Shown here: positions 38,893 through 48,699 of the stretch, piece by piece
Position numbering within the stretch: position 1 is the stretch's first letter
Layout of the letters: each line of letters opens with the position of its first letter
DNA from: a virus
Lineage: Duplodnaviria > Caudoviricetes
IMG/VR virus record: IMGVR_UViG_2848385391_000003
Reading direction: 5' to 3' (one strand)
Length of the DNA stretch: 64,000 nt
The notes under the pieces: generated by a model
What the model was told of the DNA's origin: nothing
Database searches by the model: none
The model's input: the letters and a program-made list of their open reading frames with translations, nothing else
Translations under genes and position numbers: made by a program

Positions 38893-39407
38893 CAGTTTTA
38901 ACTCCGCACTTCTGCGCCGGTTTTTGCTTCGCACTCCCTCTTCTGATTCCTTGTTTGGCCCCATCGCTTAAAGCCCTGCGCCGGTTTTTTGCTTCGGAAT
39001 GGGTTATTTCGTCCGTTGCGTGGGCGGGCTGATCGCAACGATCAAGACTCAGAAAAACGGTTGAGTGGGGTCGGAGCTTGGAATAATTTTTTATCGTCTT
39101 GCGCCGTGCTGTGAAGAACAGTAGAACAAACCCACGTCAGGAGAATTTCTAGATGTTTTAGAGGGAGAATAACTGTCAAGCCTGCTGGCTTCTTGTGATA
39201 CTACAATATTGCTTTTTCCGGTGGGTCTGAACGAAAACCCACCGAAATTTCAATTGCTGAGATAACCAAAGTCAACTCTGACTTCAACGCTAGCGTCTGC
39301 TAGCAGTAATGCGAACAAACGCCAGCGCTTAAAATTTTATCGGCGCTTACAGCAAACGCAGCGGGATTCTCTACCAACTCAAAGACTCCCGCCTTCCGCC
39401 AATAGGC

Positions 39408-42062
39408 CTATATTGCGCCTCGTTGTCTTAACAAAGCAGCATTTTGAGAGCTGAGATTAAGGGCATTTTGGATGAGGGCACCTGATGCAGTAAGCCCGTC
39501 TTGTCGTGAAGTCCAATCTAACAAAATTGGACCTATTTCACCTGAGCGATAAGGGACTTGCCAAAGACGAATAGTTTTGTCCTCTCCTGCCGTAGCCAAT
39601 AGGGCCACTTCATCCTGTGTGGGTTTCCACACAATAGTACTAATACCACCCACACAGCCTTTGAGTACCGCTTGACAATCGCCTGTTAAAACAGACCATA
39701 ACCTGATTGTTTGATCCCTACTTCCAGACGCGAGCCAATGACCATCTTTTGAGAACGCGACACAATTCACACTATCCGTATGCCCAGTATAGGTGTGAGC
39801 CAGAGCGCGCTCCCCCCTCATGTGCCACAGCTTCACCGTACCATCATCACAAATAGACGCGAGCCAATGACCATCGTTTGAGAATGCGACACGATACACA
39901 CCATCGTCATGCCCGACGTAGGAGTAAGCCATAGCTTGTTCACCAACCACGTGCCACAGCTTCACTGTATTATCCCCACTTCCAGATGCAAGCCACTGTC
40001 CATCGTTTGAGAATGCGACACTGCTGACAATATCGGTATGCCCGATATAAGAGTGAGCCAAGGTACGCTCGCCCCCTGCGCACCACAGCTTTACCGAATT
40101 ATCTGAACTTCCAGATGCAAGCCACTGCCCATCTTTTGAGAACGCGACACAATTCACACTATCCGTATGCCCAGTATAGGTGTGAGCCAGAGTGCGCTCC
40201 CCGTCCATGCGCCATAACTTCACCGTCTTATCCCTGCCTCCAGACGCGAGCCACTGACCATCGCTTGAGAACACAGCACTAATCACCATATCCGTATGTC
40301 CGGTATAGGTGTGAGCCAGAGTGCGCTCTCGGTCCACGCACCATAACTTTACCGTCTTATCCCAACCCACAGACGCGAGCCACTGACCATCGCTTGAGAA
40401 CGCAGCACTATTCACCATATCATCATGCTCAACATAGGAGAAGGGCATAACCTGTTCACCGGTCACGCGCCACAGCTTCACCGAATTATCTAAACTTCCA
40501 GATGCAAGCCACTGACCATCGCTTGAGAACGTGACACTATTCACCCTATCCGTATGCCCAGTATAGGTGTGAGCCAGAGTGCGCTCACCTTCCACGTGCC
40601 ACAACTTTACCGTAGTCCTACCTCCAGATGCCAACCATTGCCCATCGTTTGAGAATGCGACACTATTCACTCCATGTGGATGCCCAATATAAGTGTGAGC
40701 CAGAGTGCGCTCACCCTCCACGTGCCATAAATTCACTGTATGACCATTTCCATGTGGAGGCCATTGCCAATCGTTTGTTCCAGATGCGAGCCATTGCCCA
40801 TCTTTTGAGAATGCAACACTGTATACCTTGTTCTTATGTTCGGTATAGGAGTGGGCCAAGGCACGTTCGCCTGCTACGTGCCACAGCTTCACCGTCTTAT
40901 CATCGCTACCAGATGCGAGCCAATGGCTATCATTTGAGAATGCGACACTTGTCACCATACTCATATGCCCGGTATAGGTGTGAGCCAGAGTGCGGTCGCC
41001 CTCTACACACCACAGCTTCACTGTACAATCCCCACCTCCTCCAGATACTAGCCACTGACCATCGTTTGAGAATGCTACACTTGTCACCACACCCGTATGC
41101 GTATAGGAGTGGGCTAGCGCGCGTTCGCCCTCCACGCACCACATCTTTACCGTCTTATCCCCACTTCCAGACGCGAGCCGCTGTCCATCACTTGAGAATG
41201 CGACACTATACACATAGCTCGTATGCCCTTCATAAGTATGAATTTTTTGGAAATTCTTTGTTTCATAAAGATGGATAGCATTGCCTTCTGTCACAGCCAG
41301 CCAGCGCCCAACTGGCGAATAACAACACGCATAAACAGCGCTTTCCATTTCTAAAGAGGGCTTTTCACCAAAATCTACTCCTGCTAAATCAGCACCATCT
41401 AAATTAACACCATTCAGCCAAGTATCGGTCCAATTTACGCCTGTTAAATCGGCTCCTTGAAATTGCGTAGAATCAAACACTCCATAACTTAAATCTGCCC
41501 CAGGCACACGTATCCCTTGGAGATCCTTATTATTGAATTGCGCCCCTGCCTTCACTAATAGCGTCAGCGCGTTAGCTGCTGTAGCCTGCACCTCTTCTGT
41601 TTTGGACCGTTCCACCCAGTTCAATAATTTCTCTTTTAGCGAAATGTCTTGCTGGACTTTTTCTTGCAAAAATTTAAGTATTTCTGGATCATTAACAAGA
41701 CATATCAGCCCAAAAAGTGCAGATTTCTCAACGACCTGATCGAGTCGCCCTGAGTCAGATAACTTTTGCAATTGACTCAATGTGAATTTCTTTAACTCTA
41801 CATCCGAACTTATTAGAGCTCCTTGATATTGCGCCTGAATCCTTTCTTTGATCAGATGTAGCTTCAGAGCAGGTGAATCCATGGGTTCACCATTATGAGT
41901 CGGTGTTGTCAGTGCTTTAAGCAAAGCCTGACGGCTCGAAAAATCGAGCAGCTTTTCTATTTCTTGCCGAATTTCTGCGGGAAGCGAGAGAAAACCGGAT
42001 TCTGTGGATTTTTGTGTTACTGGATAGTGCAGATTGACAGAGCTTGAAATAGGGTTCAGCAT
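39408..42062 (-). CDS. F-box-like, pentapeptide, WD40 x14 protein
   Basis: FLSLPAEIRQEIEKLLDFSSRQAL near the N-terminus; GADLSYGVFDSTQFQGADL; 12 related ~43-aa WD40 units plus two divergent ones; start ATG 42062 or TTG 42080. Confidence 0.88.
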   Translation of the reverse strand: MLNPISSSVNLHYPVTQKSTESGFLSLPAEIRQEIEKLLDFSSRQALLKALTTPTHNGEPMDSPALKLHLIKERIQAQYQGALISSDVELKKFTLSQLQKLSDSGRLDQVVEKSALFGLICLVNDPEILKFLQEKVQQDISLKEKLLNWVERSKTEEVQATAANALTLLVKAGAQFNNKDLQGIRVPGADLSYGVFDSTQFQGADLTGVNWTDTWLNGVNLDGADLAGVDFGEKPSLEMESAVYACCYSPVGRWLAVTEGNAIHLYETKNFQKIHTYEGHTSYVYSVAFSSDGQRLASGSGDKTVKMWCVEGERALAHSYTHTGVVTSVAFSNDGQWLVSGGGGDCTVKLWCVEGDRTLAHTYTGHMSMVTSVAFSNDSHWLASGSDDKTVKLWHVAGERALAHSYTEHKNKVYSVAFSKDGQWLASGTNDWQWPPHGNGHTVNLWHVEGERTLAHTYIGHPHGVNSVAFSNDGQWLASGGRTTVKLWHVEGERTLAHTYTGHTDRVNSVTFSSDGQWLASGSLDNSVKLWRVTGEQVMPFSYVEHDDMVNSAAFSSDGQWLASVGWDKTVKLWCVDRERTLAHTYTGHTDMVISAVFSSDGQWLASGGRDKTVKLWRMDGERTLAHTYTGHTDSVNCVAFSKDGQWLASGSSDNSVKLWCAGGERTLAHSYIGHTDIVSSVAFSNDGQWLASGSGDNTVKLWHVVGEQAMAYSYVGHDDGVYRVAFSNDGHWLASICDDGTVKLWHMRGERALAHTYTGHTDSVNCVAFSKDGHWLASGSRDQTIRLWSVLTGDCQAVLKGCVGGISTIVWKPTQDEVALLATAGEDKTIRLWQVPYRSGEIGPILLDWTSRQDGLTASGALIQNALNLSSQNAALLRQRGAI

Positions 42063-42202
42063 AAATATTTTATTGTTCAATTAAAGTAAAATCATCTGAT
42101 GAATTTTCATAAGCCCTGACCCAGGACTTATTCATGACTCACCCATGTGAGTCGCCAGATTTTACAGAAAAAATACAAATTAATTAAACCCGCCAGCTTC
42201 TA

Positions 42203-43273
42203 TCATTTCGTCGGCTCTACTTTCTCGCCTCGACGATTGCGCACATAGTGTTCCGTCATCTTGATGCTTGTATGCCCCAACTGCTTTTGCGCTCGACGAA
42301 TATCCCCCGATAACTCCGCCTTGTCTGTTCCCGCTTTCGCTCGTAAGTCTCGAAATTGATATTCCGCTGCGCATAAGCCTGCCGCTGTGCGCGCTTGCGC
42401 AAACATCGCTTGCAGCGTCTTTAACGCAACGCACTCTCCTAACTCATTCACCACCAAATCAACATGCCCTGTGTTGTACTTGGCTTTTCTCTTTAATATG
42501 CGCTCTAACGTCTTCTCCAGATGACCGGTGATCGCTATCCTCAGTTTCGTCTTCGTCTTGTTTTGCTGCACCAGCAGACACCCTTCTTTGATATCCTGCT
42601 CTGTCATCTTTAAAATATCCGATGGGCGCTGACCCGTCAGATACGCTAAATCCATCGCATCCCGCAACGGTTGCCGTGCTTTCGCATAAATCGCGCTATA
42701 TTCACTGTCTTCGATATAGACTTTACGCCCGTCTTCTCGATAGCCCTTGATCCCCAAACACGGATTCGGCTGATCCGTATACCCCCATTCTCTTGCCTTA
42801 TTCCAGATGTGCGAGAATAACGACTTCTCTCGATTCGCTCTGACCTGCCCTTCGCTCCCATTGACGGCCTGACCTGCCTCTTTCAGTTTTCTGACAGTCT
42901 CTTTCACGCGCCAATCTAAAAACTGACGGATATGGATCGGCTTGATCTCGTCCATTAATGCCGGCGGATTATCAAAGAATTCCAGCAATTTAACCAGCTC
43001 CGCCAAATTGTCTTTCTGCGTGCGAGGCGCTTTTGTTGGGATCACGTCTTGTCTATATCTTTGTGCTGCATGACGAAACGTTACCCTGACTCGATCCTCC
43101 AATTGGTTTTGACTATCCAGCTCTGTCCACTTTTGCAGCGCTTCTAGATAATCTGGCCCCAGCGCGATCTCCTGTCTCGAGGAATGGCCCGTGTCGTAGT
43201 AATAATAGGTTTGCCCGCTACGCTGTACCCTCGCTCGCATCCGAGGCGGTAAATTAAACGCGGTTTGGCTCAT
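42203..43273 (-). CDS. int: Tyrosine integrase
   Basis: TGQRPSD (R), FRDLRAK, LGHT..MTEHY catalytic residues. Confidence 0.95.
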   Translation of the reverse strand: MSQTAFNLPPRMRARVQRSGQTYYYYDTGHSSRQEIALGPDYLEALQKWTELDSQNQLEDRVRVTFRHAAQRYRQDVIPTKAPRTQKDNLAELVKLLEFFDNPPALMDEIKPIHIRQFLDWRVKETVRKLKEAGQAVNGSEGQVRANREKSLFSHIWNKAREWGYTDQPNPCLGIKGYREDGRKVYIEDSEYSAIYAKARQPLRDAMDLAYLTGQRPSDILKMTEQDIKEGCLLVQQNKTKTKLRIAITGHLEKTLERILKRKAKYNTGHVDLVVNELGECVALKTLQAMFAQARTAAGLCAAEYQFRDLRAKAGTDKAELSGDIRRAQKQLGHTSIKMTEHYVRNRRGEKVEPTK

Positions 43274-43538
43274 CTTTTACCTGGATCGCTAACTTCGGTT
43301 GCCAACTTTTCGCTTTCACTTCTTCTGACCGACCCTCTACCGCGGCACGCGTCACAATCGGCCGACCTCGCTGGTTCATAAAAAATACGATCTCCTGCTC
43401 TTTTAAATAGGCTTCCTGCCTTTCGTATTTACTCGCCTTGCGGGCATATGCGGTTCCCGCTTCCAGCGTCTTGCCCCGCCTGATCCCTGTCAGCTCATCC
43501 ACTTGCGCTTCGGTCAAAAAAACTTCACTCATTTCCAC
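43254..43538 (-). CDS. Excisionase-like protein (DUF4224-type)
   Basis: FLT..VDELTG..Q..YL..GRPIV.R; overlaps the integrase start. Confidence 0.75.
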   Translation of the reverse strand: MEMSEVFLTEAQVDELTGIRRGKTLEAGTAYARKASKYERQEAYLKEQEIVFFMNQRGRPIVTRAAVEGRSEEVKAKSWQPKLAIQVKDEPNRV

Positions 43539-43541
43539 TCC

Positions 43542-43844
43542 TCAGCATAGGCTGGAGCGTTGAGCGGACTCTTCTTCAGAAACCCAAAATTGAGGTTCCA
43601 AATCGTATCCCACCTCAAATACTCCGAGGCTTGTCCCATCCTCTTTGAAGATTTGAATTGAAATAGATTCATTCCATTCCCAAGTTCCCTCACTTTCTGA
43701 GTAATAATTTCCTGCCACCTCTCTGGCTACATACTCGGCATCCTCTTCACCCCAACTTGACTCTAAACAATCCGCATCTTCAAATCCCCAACGTTTATCC
43801 ACAATATATTTATACGTCGTCATCTCTTTTCTCCATTCATTCAT
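43542..43844 (-). CDS. Phage hypothetical protein, paralog of 44084..44410
   Basis: Shared FED...(L/F)ES and FKEDG.SLGVF.V motifs. Confidence 0.7.
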   Translation of the reverse strand: MNEWRKEMTTYKYIVDKRWGFEDADCLESSWGEEDAEYVAREVAGNYYSESEGTWEWNESISIQIFKEDGTSLGVFEVGYDLEPQFWVSEEESAQRSSLC

Positions 43845-43887
43845 GGGGTTTTACTGCTTACCGTTGGCATTTGCATGAAGCCAGGTT

Positions 43888-44091
43888 TCATACGTCATTC
43901 CATTGTTCGTCCGTCAGCTCGGAGCGTGGATCAACATAGCCGTCCACACGGCAGCGCTGTTGGGGCAGCAAAATCGATGCGGGGGCGCGGGGCCGCACCT
44001 CCGCGCAGCGCGGACAATCAACCCCGTACTTCGCACGCCGCGCATTCCTGTCATCCCTCATCGCTCTGAAATCTTCACCCATATCACCCAT
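43888..44091 (-). CDS. Phage hypothetical protein
   Basis: Same protein as 1..204. Confidence 0.7.
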   Translation of the reverse strand: MGDMGEDFRAMRDDRNARRAKYGVDCPRCAEVRPRAPASILLPQQRCRVDGYVDPRSELTDEQWNDV

Positions 44092-44410
44092 GTGACCTCT
44101 CCGTCTGGTTCGTTGAATCTACGCTTTTATTTTTTGGATAAATACTAAAATGGGTTATCCGTTTTTTATAAACTCCAAAAACACCTAGACTTAAACCATC
44201 CTCTTTAAACACTTCAATAACCATTTCACCCTTTCCACTATCCGCCCACCAAAAACTCTCCGAATCAATATGCTCCGCTGCTGCTCGCACTAAATCTTCA
44301 ACCTCATCTTCATCTAGCTTCGATTCAAAACCATATCCATCTTCAAATCGTTCGCCATAGTTCAGCACCGCATATCTATAACGCTTTGCACTTTCTTGGC
44401 TCTTCATCAT
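44084..44410 (-). CDS. Phage hypothetical protein
   Basis: Near-identical to 197..526. Confidence 0.75.
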   Translation of the reverse strand: MMKSQESAKRYRYAVLNYGERFEDGYGFESKLDEDEVEDLVRAAAEHIDSESFWWADSGKGEMVIEVFKEDGLSLGVFGVYKKRITHFSIYPKNKSVDSTNQTERSHG

Positions 44411-44911
44411 GACTTTTCTTTAAATTAATTTTGGTAAACGCTAAACATCATCAGCGCAATCACTATCGTGAGCGCTCCCCCCATACGCGTCGCCAACTGC
44501 GCAAACGGCATCAGGTGCATCCGATGCGCTGAGGTCAAAATCGCCATGTCCCCCACGCTACCCATCCCGCTATGGCAAACATTGATAAGGGCGCTTTCTA
44601 TCGGGTTTAATCCCGCCCAACGACCTACAATCAGACCCACCAGCGCCAACGTCAGCACCGTCACCACAATCGTGATTAAATAAACCGGCGTTAAAACCGA
44701 AAGTAAGACCTGCCAAGGCGTTAAGGTCAGTCCGAGCACAAACAGAACCGGATACGCCGCCGCTTTGGTAAAAAAGTGGTGCATCAGATACGCCCCTTCT
44801 TCCAGTCCGGATGAAAGCGTCACCGTGAGTTTGATCAGGACCGCCAAGCCCAGCATCACCAACGGCGCGGGCCAACCGGTCAATTGATGTACCAAAACCC
44901 CCACCATATAG

Positions 44912-46413
44912 CTCAGGATTACCCACAAATTTTAGTCACACTGGTGCATGATTTGAAACATTTTGGTGGCCTCATGCAAAGCCATGAACCCACGCCACAA
45001 TACAGTAGGGCCGGGCGGGAGATCATGCTTGCGCGCTAGGTATCCGCCGAGTTTAGCGATCCACAGAATGGCCTGATTCAAAGTAGGAGGATCGCTAGGA
45101 GGATGCTTGGTATTGTGAGCACGGCAATATAAAGCTTGCCATTCAATGGGCTGAAGTAAAACTTCACAAGAGATTTCAGGATTACTTCGACCTAGTAAGG
45201 TGGCATACAAAATACGCCAAGCGATGACCGTAAATAATGCAGTAGAGCGGACAAAGCGATCTAAGCTACCCAACTGACGATGTTCAATTTGGCAGCCGCT
45301 TTTGAGGATACGATGCCAAGTTTCGATAGTCCAACGGCGCGCATACCACGTGAGTCTTTCCAATGCTTGTTCTTGGGTATGCGTTGGCACTGAACTTAAT
45401 AGCATCCACTCGATTGGATGAGTCCCTTCAGGTGGATGGCTTTCCAATGCCCAAATCGCAAACACCTCGACATTAGGCAGATTAGGATTAGGATGATTGC
45501 ACGGCCGGCGAAGCGTAACGGGCGCGCATTTTATAGCCAGCTGAGCGATGCGCTGTGCACAGTTGCTACGAGCAGGCACGTTAAGTTCTATACAGCCTAA
45601 TTCGGAAGCAGATGCCATAGCTTCCCACAAGTATTGATCAGGATGATCCACTTTGCGATTCCAAGAGGCACGAATTAACCAATCGACTCCATCTGGACGC
45701 GGTGCAACAAATAAGTCGTAAATATCTGCCTCGCGATCACACACGCTAATCATGTGCGTTTTAGGGCATCCAGCTTTGAGAGCCGTCAATTGCTTTACGC
45801 CCTCGAGCCACTTTACGCTTTCTTTTTCATCAATCGACCTCTTAGCGCGCTGTTTCTTTTTGCCCAGCTCACTCAGATCGCGTGCCCACGCTTTCATCCC
45901 CAGTACGCCTAGCGGCAATCCTTCCGGGGTCACTGCCAACATACTGTGCATCATGAATCCACGTACATGTTTGCTGCTGCAATAACCCAGACCTTCCGTG
46001 GCCGGTAGATGCGTTAAATTAAATTCTGTCGTGTCTTGCACCGCCAACACAACTGGCACTTGATTCATTCGGTTTTGTGTCTGAGCTATATGCGAGCCCA
46101 ACACCCCATCTGTATCGACCTGCTTGTTGTCGAAGAATCGATACGCTGATTTTAACTGCGCCTTCGTCAGTGTGTGAGGAAATGAACCATGCGGCATCTT
46201 CGATAACTGTTCCGCCAATAATATCAGCCGTTTCGTCAGCCGCGCATCTCCTAAGTGGGCTTCGCTAAATTCAGTATTCGCCCAACTCTCCAAATCACTT
46301 TCAGCCACCATTGCTTTGCCTTTTTAGCAGGTAAAACTGCAATGTTTGTACAGGATACAATTATTTACAACTTCTCTAGCGATTCTTCCGACAAATTTGT
46401 GGGTAATCCTGAG
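44912..46413 (-). mobile_element. IS4-family (IS50/Tn5-like) insertion sequence, 1502 bp
   Basis: Perfect 21-bp IRs CTCAGGATTACCCACAAATTT; 10-bp TSD CACCATATAG (44902-44911, 46414-46423); empty site at 1015-1024. Confidence 0.95.
44932..46311 (-). CDS. IS4-family DDE transposase
   Basis: WA..EF..A.LGD.RL, VQDTT, DREAD, YARRWTIETWHRILKSG, LGGYL.RK.D.PPG. Confidence 0.95.
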   Translation of the reverse strand: MVAESDLESWANTEFSEAHLGDARLTKRLILLAEQLSKMPHGSFPHTLTKAQLKSAYRFFDNKQVDTDGVLGSHIAQTQNRMNQVPVVLAVQDTTEFNLTHLPATEGLGYCSSKHVRGFMMHSMLAVTPEGLPLGVLGMKAWARDLSELGKKKQRAKRSIDEKESVKWLEGVKQLTALKAGCPKTHMISVCDREADIYDLFVAPRPDGVDWLIRASWNRKVDHPDQYLWEAMASASELGCIELNVPARSNCAQRIAQLAIKCAPVTLRRPCNHPNPNLPNVEVFAIWALESHPPEGTHPIEWMLLSSVPTHTQEQALERLTWYARRWTIETWHRILKSGCQIEHRQLGSLDRFVRSTALFTVIAWRILYATLLGRSNPEISCEVLLQPIEWQALYCRAHNTKHPPSDPPTLNQAILWIAKLGGYLARKHDLPPGPTVLWRGFMALHEATKMFQIMHQCD

Positions 46414-47320
46414 CACCATATAGAGGCTCAAAGCCACCATCCCCACCGAGGCCAACGACTCCATCAAAGCGGCGGGTGTTGAATCGGTGGGCCGGCTTTT
46501 TAAATGCCCTGCGGACAGCTTTTGACCTAGTTGGCTCAGGTCCGAGTTAAGCTGCCCAAGTCGATGCAGCATCCCAGCACATGCCACCGCCGTCAGATTC
46601 CCCAGCACGATTGGCGGCATCACCTGTGCAAATAATTCTGGCTGGGACGTGTGTAAAATCGCCGCATAGCCCAGAGTCAGCGGAATCGCCCCCTCACCCA
46701 GGCCACCCGCCATGATCGGAATCACGATAAAGAAGAAGGTGTGGTGTGCGCTTAGTCCCAACGCCATCCCCGTCAGGGTGCCGACGATTGCCGCAGCGAT
46801 AGAACCCGCAGCAAGCGGCACAAAGAGTCTCACGAAACCTTTAATCAAAAGACTCCGCTCCATACTCAAAATACCGCCTACCACCACCGTGACCGTAAAC
46901 AGGTACAAAATATTCGTGCTCTCCCAAAACGCTCTGATCGAGCTTTCCAGCTCTATCGGCATGAGTTCGCTATGCACCCAATACGACGGCAGCAGCACGG
47001 TCACCATCACGGGACCACCCAAGTACCGCAGAACCGGTATATGTTTGCCGATCTCTGCGCAGCTAAAACCTAATACCGCCACCACCGCCAACATCACCGA
47101 GAGGTCTCCTGGCACCTCACCTAACGCGATAAAACTCAGAATGCATAACCAAATCAGCCCAAATACCGGCAACGGAATCATCCCGATATGAACCTTCTCC
47201 GGTTTTTGCCGACTTACTCGGCTGGGTACTGCACTCAGCCAGCTGCTTAAACGTTTGGCATAATGAAATAGGGTTTGCATGATTCAGCCTCCAAGTGCTC
47301 ATCGAGCCTGTGTGACAGCT

Positions 47321-47938
47321 TTAGAAGGAAATATCGTCGTCTATATCGCTAAACTCAATATGGGGCTCAACGTATGGCCCATTGCTTGAAGACGGAGGAT
47401 TGGATCTTTTGAATGGACGGTGCTTAAGCGTTTCAACGAGTTCGGCCAACCGTTGCGGCTGCGCTTTACCATCCAGTATTTCCGAAGCAATTAATCGGCT
47501 TTCGGGATTAAAAAATCCAACCGGCACAACCTTAATCTTGATTTGACCCTCTTGATTTTCATACGCCGACGTGTCCAACAGCACGCCGATTTTTTTATTC
47601 ATTAAGCCTTTAAATACTTGAGTCGGCTTATCGACGTTGTCCCATGTTTTAATAAAGTCTGGTGTCAGTTGAATGTGGTCAATACCCAAACACACCATCA
47701 GCGCATTGAGTTGCAGGTGACCATAGAGTTCTTTACCCTCCGCACTCCGTATCCAAAGTGAAAAATACTCTTTCTGTTTGGCTTCTGTCTCAAACGTCAA
47801 TCTAATGCCATGCGTGCTTTTTAGGGCACTCTTGACCGCTTCAGCACACGTGAATACTCCAATATATTCTCCAGGCTGGGTAATGCGTGTACTGTTCTGG
47901 TCAGCAAGCCGAGCAGCAAGGGTATCTAAGCTATACAT
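47321..47938 (-). CDS. Phage ssDNA-binding-like protein
   Basis: Homolog of 2808..3449, ends DIDDDISF. Confidence 0.7.
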   Translation of the reverse strand: MYSLDTLAARLADQNSTRITQPGEYIGVFTCAEAVKSALKSTHGIRLTFETEAKQKEYFSLWIRSAEGKELYGHLQLNALMVCLGIDHIQLTPDFIKTWDNVDKPTQVFKGLMNKKIGVLLDTSAYENQEGQIKIKVVPVGFFNPESRLIASEILDGKAQPQRLAELVETLKHRPFKRSNPPSSSNGPYVEPHIEFSDIDDDISF

Positions 47939-48030
47939 AGCGTTCCTTATTTAATTCAGTCTTAAAATTGGGGGGTGGGGGTCAAGATTTTGGGCGCGTT
48001 GTGTTCTCTTCAAAAAGGTATGAAGAGTGC

Positions 48031-48699
48031 TCACACTGCCTCATTTTGGGTCATGCTCTCACCCACTTGCGCTCGCTTTTCTAAACACAGTCGCATCTGT
48101 TCGACTTCTGTTTCAAATTGAAGCAAAGCAGGCAATAACTGGGTTTGGATATAGGCGTCATCACGCTCAATGCGCTGATAAAAAAGGCGCAAGCGCTCGT
48201 TCAAACGCGGATCGTATGAAACAAAGGTCCACCATGAACGCCCTGTCACCCACATACACCCCTGAATTTGTGGCATGTGCTCGTCAGGCATACCATTGAG
48301 CCAAGTGTGAATATGCACCGCCTCATCCATCGGACATTTGCTTTCGTAGCCGCCCTCCTGTCCTATCAAACCATCGGGTGAGCACCCAATAAATGGATAG
48401 TCTGGATGCACAGTAAATTCTGACGGTTCAACCAGATAACCGGTTTCAAGCTCATAAGCCTCGCGAGCAAAAGCCTCCGCTTCAGTCCCCCATTTGAGAG
48501 ACGGGCCGTTGATCTCATGCCGCGGCACCCCTGCTAAACGCTCAAATACCATTTCTCTCATATATTTATCGCGGGCGGCCGTCGGTTTACCATCGCACTT
48601 GACGGCTATCACGTCTTTAAAGCGAGAGGCCGTTAACTTACCTGCACGGGCAAACCGCCATGCATCACTACGCTGTTCAATCAAGTCACTCATGACCAT
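48031..48699 (-). CDS. YqaJ/lambda-exonuclease-family protein
   Basis: EQRSDAW..R.GKLTAS, GCSPDGL..ESKCP, QIQG.MWVTGR.W..FVSYDPR. Confidence 0.9.
   Translation of the reverse strand: MVMSDLIEQRSDAWRFARAGKLTASRFKDVIAVKCDGKPTAARDKYMREMVFERLAGVPRHEINGPSLKWGTEAEAFAREAYELETGYLVEPSEFTVHPDYPFIGCSPDGLIGQEGGYESKCPMDEAVHIHTWLNGMPDEHMPQIQGCMWVTGRSWWTFVSYDPRLNERLRLFYQRIERDDAYIQTQLLPALLQFETEVEQMRLCLEKRAQVGESMTQNEAV

Larger units (their letters stand above)
38681..38998. other. attP-like tandem prophage junction with arm-type repeats
   Basis: TTTGCTTCG-containing motifs at 38681, 38748-38766 (inverted), 38912 and 38976 on both sides of the tRNA core; CCTAA four times at 10-bp period (38701-38740). Confidence 0.7.
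44425..47280 (-). pseudogene. 2-hydroxycarboxylate transporter interrupted by an IS
   Basis: N-terminal part 46414..47280 and C-terminal part 44425..44911 together match the intact P1 copy. Confidence 0.92.

Noticed and set aside
38722-38971. ORFs 38722..38964 (-) and 38744..38971 (+)
   Set aside because: They overlie the att core and arm repeats and have no protein-like features
40628-41278. 216-aa repetitive plus-strand ORF
   Set aside because: Antisense shadow of the WD40 repeats
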